From positions 50,095 through 114,094 of IMG/VR virus record IMGVR_UViG_3300021961_000037: a DNA stretch of 64,000 nucleotides; one strand, given 5' to 3'. The position numbers and the translations under genes are program-made. This document shows, piece after piece, positions 10,444 to 19,100 of this stretch. This DNA is from a virus. Every line of letters begins with the position of its first letter. Within the stretch, counting starts at the first letter, position 1. The notes below the pieces were generated by a model. The model had not been told where the DNA came from. It saw only the letters and a program-made list of their open reading frames with translations, and did no database searches.

Positions 10444-10742
10444 ACACTTTAAGACTCCCCATCCGTTTTAAGACAAATTATTCAATGGAAACCATTTCTG
10501 ATGCCACCGACGAATATTATGCAAAACTGTTGGCAGATTCGCTCCGCATTGAGCCTGGTGAACTCCCGATTAGTACATCATTCGGTGTTCTTGACCCGTC
10601 CTTTGAATACCAGACACCGCTAAAAGCGGTTCAGAACGCTGCCCGCCATATCCCAGAAATTTCTGTAACAAATGTTTCGTCTAAACTGGATGATACGGGG
10701 AAAATCCTGCTCAAAGTTGATTTTACGATTAAGGAATCCTGA
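10440..10742 (+). CDS. Baseplate wedge gp25/gpW-like protein
   Basis: 'PGELPISTSFG' and 'IPEI' motifs; 100 aa; precedes baseplate J. Confidence 0.75.
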   Translation: MNTLRLPIRFKTNYSMETISDATDEYYAKLLADSLRIEPGELPISTSFGVLDPSFEYQTPLKAVQNAARHIPEISVTNVSSKLDDTGKILLKVDFTIKES

Positions 10743-11917
10743 TGGCTTCACCAGATTTTTCAGACTACGTTGACCTAACGCTTTTTGATACGACGGCGAA
10801 CACTATCTACAATGAGGCGATTGAGTACGCAAAGACAGCGTTCCCAGAGTTTTCTCCACGTGTCGGAACCGTTGAAAATGCAATTCTTGAAGCGTTTGCT
10901 CATGCTTCGTTCAATTTGACGACAACCATAAACAGGCTTCCTGATGGTTTGATGGAAGGTCTACTCAAACTCATGGGATTCTCCCGGATTGAAGCAACTC
11001 CAGCGGCTGGCGTAGTCAGTATTGAGGTGACGATAAATACTGGTGTAACAATTTCTGCTGGAACAATCGTTTCGTTTGATGTTTTTGACACTGGTGGCGT
11101 ACTCACACAGTACCTATTTGAAACAACCGAGGATTTGATAATTTCATCCGGAAATACCAGTGGAACGGTAAATGTTGTCGCCGTTTCAGCAGAGGAATAT
11201 CCGGATATACCAGTTCCCCAGGCGCTTACACTCGTTTCGACTACGCCATATATTTTTCAAGTTGAATTGCAAAGCGTGAGTACGGTCGGAACAAATACGG
11301 AATCAGATGAAGAATATTTTAATCGTGCCTCCAGATACCTTGCATCGCTGTCAAGTGCTCTAGTTACAGCAAATCAGATGACCAACTACATTTCCACAAT
11401 GTACCCAACGGTTTCACGATTCAAAGTGTACGACCTTACGGAATCTGTGGACATGGATTTCAGCGCTGCGGACGCCGCTGGAGAGGTCACCGTGGCAATG
11501 TGTGACAGTATTGGCGACCCGATTGATAGTGCTCAAAAAACAATCATCCAAGACGATCTTGAATCAAAAGTTATTGCAGGTCTCAATGTGGGTCTGTATG
11601 ACATGCAAATATTTGATGTTGATGTCGTAGCAGAGGTTGTTGTTGAGACAAATTATTCAACTGCAACAGTTTCTCTTGCCGTGTCCGCAGCAATCGAAAG
11701 TTATCTTTCAATCGCTGGTTGGGATTGGCAGGAAGGCGTTGCATCTAACAGACTTTCTGCTATCGCTGCCCGTGTTCCTGGTGTCAAGTATGTCGTTTCA
11801 ATGTCGTCTACTTTGCCTACTTCCGTGCCTAGCCTTGCCTCTGAGTCGGCTGGAGAAATCACCATAATCGAAAAGGGAGCAATCCCAATAGGCTCGTGCA
11901 CAACAACAGCGGTTTAA
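10742..11917 (+). CDS. Baseplate J-like wedge protein
   Basis: 'RIEATPAAG', 'ISAGT', 'GTNTESDEEYFNR', 'RVPGVKYV'. Confidence 0.88.
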   Translation: MASPDFSDYVDLTLFDTTANTIYNEAIEYAKTAFPEFSPRVGTVENAILEAFAHASFNLTTTINRLPDGLMEGLLKLMGFSRIEATPAAGVVSIEVTINTGVTISAGTIVSFDVFDTGGVLTQYLFETTEDLIISSGNTSGTVNVVAVSAEEYPDIPVPQALTLVSTTPYIFQVELQSVSTVGTNTESDEEYFNRASRYLASLSSALVTANQMTNYISTMYPTVSRFKVYDLTESVDMDFSAADAAGEVTVAMCDSIGDPIDSAQKTIIQDDLESKVIAGLNVGLYDMQIFDVDVVAEVVVETNYSTATVSLAVSAAIESYLSIAGWDWQEGVASNRLSAIAARVPGVKYVVSMSSTLPTSVPSLASESAGEITIIEKGAIPIGSCTTTAV

Positions 11918-11918
11918 T

Positions 11919-13205
11919 ATGCTCCCAACAGTAAACTATATTGATGAATCTGAGCGCAGATTTGTTGAGTCAGCGTACTTTGCAACGCTTTTGGGCGGAA
12001 TATGGAAATCAGATGCGACTATTACCGAGGATCCGTTAACATATCAAGATTTTGCTTTTGGGTCAATTTTTGTTGACGCAGTTGCCGAATCGGAAACAAC
12101 CTACAACATCTGGTCAAACCCGTCAACAGATGTGCCGTCACAGTATGCAATCACAACAGACATAGAAAACACAGATTATATTGAGGCGTTTTGCTGGGTT
12201 CGTCCGACAAAAAATTGCACAGTAAATATCAACACTCAGTTGACGGAGGTGTACCTTGATGAACCAACAAACAATTTCATGCTTTCATCTGACACAAACG
12301 ATGTTTTTGAGGGCAATGTTGGTTCTCACATAATTGCTGTTGGTGGCGCCGACGAACCAATATGGCATTTGGTTAGAGCAAAACTGATTCAAATCCCGTC
12401 CGGTGACGCGCAATATTCAATTGGTTTGAAAATAAATGTCGTATTTGATGATGATGCATCGCCTGGTGAATTGAACATTTCAAGGCCAACGATTATCAGA
12501 ACTCATGCCATCTTTGAAAACGAGGCACTACAGGAAACATATCTATTCATACCAGATGTGTTTTTGGAGCAAGACACCGCAGATTTCACCTCCAACGAGG
12601 TCACATATCCGCTAATGCGTTTAATTGACGTCGCCTCTGACACTGCGCATGATGTTGCACAAAAAATTGATGAAATCAAATATATGGATATTGAATCAGG
12701 GTTTGACAGTACAGATACCGAAACATATAGCACCTTGATTAATCCTCTGTATTCGGATGTTCCGACACTCGGGTGGCTTTCTCAATTCCGAGGAAGAAAT
12801 CTTGTCGTCACATATGAGCCATCTACCGATGGAGAAGAGTGGGAACAGTTTATTCTGGATTCATCAACTCTTGACGGAACTGATGTTATGGCAACATCAT
12901 CAATTTCAACCTCTGGGATTTCGGGTGGAGTTGAAGAATATTTTCGCTGGCAGGTAGACACTGGGTATTACGGTCACAATGCCGGAACCATTTCATCAAT
13001 GCTTTCAGCAATCCAACTATTTCTTACTGGCGATAAAACAATCAATTATGTAGCCACGCCAACAAGCATCCATTTTCAAACAAGTATCACAGAAACGTAC
13101 GGATCAGATGCTTTGGCAATTGGTGACCCGAACCCGTACATTCTTGCGGTTATTGAACCAGCAAGACCACTTGGAATGATTGCGACCCACGAATTAGTTG
13201 CCTAG
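11919..13205 (+). CDS. Baseplate wedge / P2 gpI-like tail protein
   Basis: Follows J; 'LGWLSQFRG', 'GTISSM', C-terminal 'PARPLGM'. Confidence 0.6.
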   Translation: MLPTVNYIDESERRFVESAYFATLLGGIWKSDATITEDPLTYQDFAFGSIFVDAVAESETTYNIWSNPSTDVPSQYAITTDIENTDYIEAFCWVRPTKNCTVNINTQLTEVYLDEPTNNFMLSSDTNDVFEGNVGSHIIAVGGADEPIWHLVRAKLIQIPSGDAQYSIGLKINVVFDDDASPGELNISRPTIIRTHAIFENEALQETYLFIPDVFLEQDTADFTSNEVTYPLMRLIDVASDTAHDVAQKIDEIKYMDIESGFDSTDTETYSTLINPLYSDVPTLGWLSQFRGRNLVVTYEPSTDGEEWEQFILDSSTLDGTDVMATSSISTSGISGGVEEYFRWQVDTGYYGHNAGTISSMLSAIQLFLTGDKTINYVATPTSIHFQTSITETYGSDALAIGDPNPYILAVIEPARPLGMIATHELVA

Positions 13206-13272
13206 ATATTTACTTTCATATTTGGTTGGCATAAAAAGGTAAACTTGTAGTATCCCTAAAGACGGGAGAAAT

Positions 13273-13539
13273 ATGGACGATCAAGAAAACATTGACGATC
13301 CAGCAATCGTTGAAGTTGACACCGAAATGGATGAATTGCGCAAGGTATTGCGTAATACCATGTCGGAAAAACTCATAACGAATTTCGTCATTATTGCCGA
13401 AGTTACCGATGAGGATGGTCAATCGCTGTCCCTGTCCGTATCTGACAGCATTACGCCATGGCTGGCGTATGGGATGATTAACAGCGCTCTGGCGATGCTA
13501 GGGTCTGGAGAATACCAATTCCCTTCAACGGAAGAATGA
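13273..13539 (+). CDS. Hypothetical protein
   Basis: 88 aa with GGGAG RBS. Confidence 0.65.
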   Translation: MDDQENIDDPAIVEVDTEMDELRKVLRNTMSEKLITNFVIIAEVTDEDGQSLSLSVSDSITPWLAYGMINSALAMLGSGEYQFPSTEE

Positions 13540-13547
13540 GGCTAATA

Positions 13548-13784
13548 ATGGATAAAAACATCAAAATGAACCTTGGCGACCAGGCGGTTAAGGGTGCAGT
13601 TCTCGGCGCTCTTGCGTACTTTGGCGACGCTTTCGGTTTGGATGCCACGCAGGTTGCGGTCGCCATGCCGGTTGCACTGACAATCCTCGCTTGGGTTTCT
13701 ACGAAGATTGGTGACAAGGGCACGACAGTCTTGTTCCGTGTTGTCAAGCAAGCGGCAGCAGCACAGGCAAAGAAAAGCAAGTAG
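13548..13784 (+). CDS. Small two-TM membrane protein (holin-like)
   Basis: Two hydrophobic stretches and a basic C-terminus; GAGG RBS. Confidence 0.55.
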   Translation: MDKNIKMNLGDQAVKGAVLGALAYFGDAFGLDATQVAVAMPVALTILAWVSTKIGDKGTTVLFRVVKQAAAAQAKKSK

Positions 13785-13858
13785 TTTCAAGCCACGCGCA
13801 TTTGCTACCTTATACTTGTAGACGACACAAAATGTCGTCTCCGAGTGTGGGGTAGTAA

Positions 13859-14209
13859 ATGCTTGCTGGAAGGTACAACATAGTCTGTGACCAAGGGTCA
13901 ACCTTTCAAAGGGTCATAGAGATTAAAGGTTTAGACAATTCTATTCTCAACCTTTCTGGATACACAGCCAGAATGCAGGTTCGTCGAGAAATTGACTCAA
14001 CAACTACGCTGATTGAACTGACCACAGAAAACGGTCGAATCACCATTTACCCATCCCTTGGAACGATTGAACTCAATCTCACCTCAACCGAAACTGCGGA
14101 ACTGGCACGGGGCGGCTATTACGACTTGGAGATAATTGACACCTCCAGTGGGGATGTCCAGAAAGTACTTCGTGGAGAGTTCAGGCTTGAAAAAGAGGTC
14201 ACCCGATGA
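13859..14209 (+). CDS. Virion structural / fibre-base adaptor protein
   Basis: 'IVCDQGSTF', 'LSGYTARMQVR', 'YYDLEI', 'KEVTR': a small domain commonly seen at the start of fibre modules. Confidence 0.6.
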   Translation: MLAGRYNIVCDQGSTFQRVIEIKGLDNSILNLSGYTARMQVRREIDSTTTLIELTTENGRITIYPSLGTIELNLTSTETAELARGGYYDLEIIDTSSGDVQKVLRGEFRLEKEVTR

Positions 14210-14415
14210 CCACTCCAACACCCATCACTATTGGCGTGACTCTCCCTGATGGAAATTTTAATGCTGTAGTTGAAGATCAGAGAAACATTGTAACCATAAA
14301 CGAAGAAACCCCCAATACGGTTATTGTTACCGTGCCAGGGATAAACGCCTCAATTTATAGTGCTTCTATTGTTTACGGTAGCGGTGCGCCTTGGACTATT
14401 GAGGTTGAAATCTAA
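14206..14415 (+). CDS. Small hypothetical fibre-associated protein
   Basis: 69 aa, overlapping neighbours at both ends. Confidence 0.55.
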   Translation: MTTPTPITIGVTLPDGNFNAVVEDQRNIVTINEETPNTVIVTVPGINASIYSASIVYGSGAPWTIEVEI

Positions 14416-14765
14416 TGCCCACATACATTCCGTCCGATTACGGCAATATCGGAGATATTTACATTGATGTTGAGACCGGAGATTTCTACGGTCCGAAGAC
14501 TGAGAGTGGTTGGCCAGATACACCATTTTTTACGGCTTTAACATCTGTAACTGTTGATGCGGCGGTTCTAAATGACCGACATGTACATAGCCAACCAGTG
14601 GCGAGTGCTACTTGGGTGATTACCCATGCACTCGGAGGACGGCCATCAGTAACGGTCGTTGACTCTGGTTTGACGAAAGTATACGGGGAAATAGTGTATG
14701 ATAGTGACACACAAGTAAGAGTTATTTTTTCGGCTCCTTTCAGCGGTTTCGCGTATTTAACGTGA
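14415..14765 (+). CDS. Fibre-associated protein with C-terminal 'W-x-I-T-H-x-L' domain
   Basis: 'GNIGDIYID..TGDFYGPK' plus 'ATWVITHALGGRPSVTVVD...FSGFAYL'. Confidence 0.65.
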   Translation: MPTYIPSDYGNIGDIYIDVETGDFYGPKTESGWPDTPFFTALTSVTVDAAVLNDRHVHSQPVASATWVITHALGGRPSVTVVDSGLTKVYGEIVYDSDTQVRVIFSAPFSGFAYLT

Positions 14766-14773
14766 GGTAAATA

Positions 14774-16066
14774 ATGGCGCAAAAGTTCCTAACAAACCTT
14801 GATCTTAACCAGAACCAACTGGTTAATGCAACATTTGAGGTTCTTGCAACCGACCCCAGCAGTGGGAACTTTGAGGGTCGCCTTATTTACAACTCCACCG
14901 AAGACACAATCAAGGTTTATTCGGGTTCAGCATGGCGGAAAATGCTCCATGACGTCGTTGCTGGTGGCTCTTATACTGATGCGCTCACGATTTCTGAATC
15001 CAATGGGCAGATAACACTCACCCTAAACCTTGCTGACACCGACAGCGCTGGTCTTCTTTCAAGCACATTCTGGAATGACCTCAATGATGCGACCTCTGCT
15101 GCTACGGCAAGCAAACTCGTCAAGCGCGACGCCAATGGAAATATCAGCGTTGCCGACCCGACATCTGATTCGCATGCCGCAACCAAGGGCTATGTTGATG
15201 CCGCTCGTTCTGGTCTGGATGTTAAGCAGTCTGTTCGTGTTGCGACAACGAGCGCAATCAATATTGCGACAGATTTGGAAGACGGCGACACCATTGACGG
15301 TGTCACCCTTGCGACTGGTGATCGAGTCCTTGTCAAGAACCAGAGCACTGCCTCAGAAAACGGCATCTATGTTGTCGTCGCTTCTGGTGCGGCAAGCCGC
15401 TCAACGGATGCAGACAGCAATGCTGAAGTCACGGCAGGAATGTTCACCTTCGTTTCTGAAGGTTCAACCAATGCTGATTCGGGATGGGTTCTTACTACCA
15501 ATGACACAATCACGCTTGGGAGCACCTCTCTTGACTTTGCACAGTTCTCTGGTGCTGGTCAAGTAACAGCAGGTGACGGTCTAACTAAGACCGGCAACAC
15601 CCTTGATGTTGTTGGAACAACCGACAGAATCACAGTAAATGCTGACAGTGTTGATATTGCATCTACTTATGTTGGTCAATCAAGCATCACCACGCTCGGC
15701 ACAATTTCCACGGGAACATGGGAAGCCACGGATGTTGGTGTCGCACATGGTGGTACTGGCGCCTCCACTGAATCTGGTGCCAGAACAAATTTGGCTTCTG
15801 CGTCGTCGGAAGCATCAGGTCGAACAACGAGCACACCGACACTTTCTCGTGTTTCCAAGCAGGGTTGTGCTGCGAGCGTGGGCGGTGTTTCAACAACGAC
15901 CGTAACCCACAACTTCAACACTGTTGATGTCGTTGTTCAAGTTTACGAAGTTGCAACTGGCGCCACGGTAATCGGTGATGTAACACGAGCAAACTCAAAT
16001 ACGGTGTCAGTTGTTCTTAACGGAACTATTAGCGCGAACGACTACACCATCGTCGTCACGGGCTAA
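14774..16066 (+). CDS. Tail fibre protein
   Basis: 'HAATKGYVD', 'SVRVATT..DGVTLATGDRVLVKNQ..ENGIYVV', C-terminal 'THNFNT' domain. Confidence 0.8.
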   Translation: MAQKFLTNLDLNQNQLVNATFEVLATDPSSGNFEGRLIYNSTEDTIKVYSGSAWRKMLHDVVAGGSYTDALTISESNGQITLTLNLADTDSAGLLSSTFWNDLNDATSAATASKLVKRDANGNISVADPTSDSHAATKGYVDAARSGLDVKQSVRVATTSAINIATDLEDGDTIDGVTLATGDRVLVKNQSTASENGIYVVVASGAASRSTDADSNAEVTAGMFTFVSEGSTNADSGWVLTTNDTITLGSTSLDFAQFSGAGQVTAGDGLTKTGNTLDVVGTTDRITVNADSVDIASTYVGQSSITTLGTISTGTWEATDVGVAHGGTGASTESGARTNLASASSEASGRTTSTPTLSRVSKQGCAASVGGVSTTTVTHNFNTVDVVVQVYEVATGATVIGDVTRANSNTVSVVLNGTISANDYTIVVTG

Positions 16067-16072
16067 TATCAA

Positions 16073-16094
16073 CATTGGCTTCGAGGAGCCAATG
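16073..16094 (+). promoter_or_regulatory. Intergenic hairpin upstream of the long fibre gene
   Basis: CATTGGCT-TCGAGG-AGCCAATG, no U-tract. Confidence 0.4.
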
Positions 16095-16121
16095 ACAATA
16101 TAACCGAAAGCGATTGAGGTC

Positions 16122-19100
16122 GTGGCGCAAAAATTTACTGTACCTATCACTATCAAGCAGTTGGCGTCTGCTGGCTCAGATGCGCTCACGGTTTTTGTAA
16201 ACGGTGAAGTTTACGGTCGCGTAAAAATTGAGGCTGGCGGTCGCTTATCGTGGAGCGACGGCACTGGTGTCTATGACACAAATCTTTATCGTGATGGCGC
16301 AAATACGCTCGCCACTGACGACATCTTCAAGGCGCTCACGGCACTGGTTTCTCCGACAACCAATGGTGCTCCGTCGGTAAGCGTCCCAGATGGAGCGATT
16401 GCGGTTGATAACACAAACAACCGCCTATATTTCAGGTCAAACTCAACATGGCGTGTTGTTGAGGGTGGGGCAACGGTTTCCGCAACTGCTCCAAGCAACC
16501 CACTCGAAGGCGCTCTGTGGTTTGACACTAGCGATGACACGCTTTATATCCGTCAGGGAAGCGCATGGGTTGTCGCTGGAGGTGGCGGTGCTTCGGTAGA
16601 GGTTGGAGCAACTGCCCCTTCTTCCCCCAGTGAGGGGGATATGTGGTGGGATTCCAACCTTCTTGAACTTTTCATTTACTACTCGTCAGCCTGGGTTCAG
16701 GTAACACCAAGTAGTGAATATTTTGACCTAGCAGACCTTGGCGACGTTTCCAGCACACCGCCAACAAATGGTCAAGTCCTCGTATTCAATAATTCAACTG
16801 GTGAGTATGAGCCGACAACTTTATCCACTAGCAGTTCACTTGATGGGCTAACCGACACAACATTAACCAGCCCAACATCTGGGGAATTCCTTAAGTACAA
16901 CGGAAGCGCATGGGTTAATGATGCAATTGACCTTGGAACAGACACAACAGGTAATTATGTTTCCGATGTAAGCGGAGGAACAGGTGTCACGGTTACCCAC
17001 ACACCAGGAGAAGGATCAACGCCATCGGTGGCGATTGGTCAGGATGTTGGGACAACCGCGGACGTAACTTTCAATACGGTCACCGCAGACCTCACGGGGA
17101 ATGCTGATACGGCAACTGCTCTACAGACTTCCAGGACGATTGAACTTACTGGTGATGTAACCGGTTCTGCATCGTTTGACGGAACAGCAAATGCGACATT
17201 GAGTGTCACGATTTCGTCCGACTCTGTCGCCCTCGGCACAGACACGACAGGTGACTATGTTCAGAACCTCGTCGCGGGTACTGGTGTCACGCTTGGTGCA
17301 AACTCGGGTGAAGGCGCAACACCAAGCATCGCCATCGGTCAAGATGTCGGAACAACAGCCGACGTCACGTTCAACACCGTAACTGCCGACCTTACGGGTG
17401 ACGTGACTGGAAATGCCGATACAGCCACATCGCTGGAGACCGCCAGAACAATCTCTCTTGGGGGTGACCTCTCTGGTTCGGCATCGTTCAATGGAACCGC
17501 CGATGTAACGATTACCGCAACGGTGCAGCCGGACTCGATTGCCCTTGGTACGGACACCACTGGCAACTACATGTCGGGTGTTACGGCTGGAACTGGAATC
17601 AGTGTCACCCACACACCAGGTGAAGGCTCAAATGCGACGATTGCACTTGATGCTGACCTGAGCAGTTTGGGTGACATAACCGTTACGAGTCCTGAACAAT
17701 ATCAGACATTGGTGTATGACGGTTCTGAGTTCATTAACGAATATCCGACAACAGTAAGCAATGTACAAAACGCAGAAACAACCACCCTCACTGTTGGAAC
17801 TGTTGTCTATCTGTTTGGCGGAACTGGTGACCGCGCATCGGTAAAGAGGGCAGACAATTCATCTGACACAACGTCGTCAAAGACTGTTGGAGTCGTTGCT
17901 TCTTCTATCAATTCTAGTGCCAACGGTCCAGTTGTCACTCGCGGATATGTGAATGGCATAAACCTAAGCAGTGGATATGCGGCAGGCGATATTCTTTGGC
18001 TTGGCTCAAACGGTCAATTCACTGCAACGAAGCCATCCACCCCCGACCATCTTGTCTTTGTCGGCGTTGTTGTTCGAGCAACAAACAATGGAATTGTATA
18101 TGTAGCAACACAGAACGGCTACGAACTTGAAGAACTCCATGATGTAAAAGTTAGTAGCCTCGCCAATAAAGACGTATTGGTGTGGAACAGCGCATCGGCT
18201 GTTTGGGTCAACGGACAAATTAACCTCGGAACAGACACAGTTGGTGACTACGTTCAGAACCTTGTTGCCGGAACTGGCGTAACCATAACAGATAACTCTG
18301 GCGAAGGAACAACGCCAACAGTTGCTATAGGTCAAGACGTTTCAACAAGCGCTTCTGTGTTGTTTGCAGAAGTAGAGACAACTGGAGATTTTACCGTTGG
18401 CGGCGACCTGTTCGTCACTGGAACACTTACAACTGTCAACGAAACAAACCTTGCGATTGAAGATACGTTCATATATCTCAACGATGGTTCGACAGTCACC
18501 AACCCGGATTTGGGAATCGTTGGCAACTACAACGACGGAACCTACGCACACTCTGGTGTGTTCCGTGACGCAACCGATGGTAAGTGGAAGTTCTTTGACT
18601 CGTACACCCCGGAGCCAACGGACCCGATTAACACTGGGCATGCCTCTTATGCTCCTGCGCCAGTCGTAGCCGAAACATTTGAGAGCACGGTATCCACTGG
18701 CACCGCACCGTTCACCGTTTCCTCAACGACTGAAGTAACAAACCTTCATGCTGATACTGCAAGTTCGCTGCACACAGCCCGCAACATTTCGCTTGGTGGA
18801 GATATTGCTGGCTCAGCCTCGTTTGACGGGTCTGGCGATGTCACCATCACCGCAACCGTTCAAGCGAACTCCGTTGCGCTCGGCACCGATACAACTGGCA
18901 ACTACATGGTTGACATCGCTGAGGGAACAGGTGTCACCATCACCCACACACCGGGTGAGGCGTCAACTGGAACAATCGCAATTGGTCAAGACGTTGGAAC
19001 AACTGCGGACGTTACTTTCAATACCGTCACGGCAGATGTAACCGGCGACCTGACGGGAAATGTCACGGGCAACGCCGACACTGCCACTACACTGCAAACT

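Noticed and set aside
484-13205. Bacterial extracellular contractile injection system or tailocin
   Set aside because: Neck genes, a long tape measure, endolysins, tRNAs, WhiB and replication genes indicate a phage
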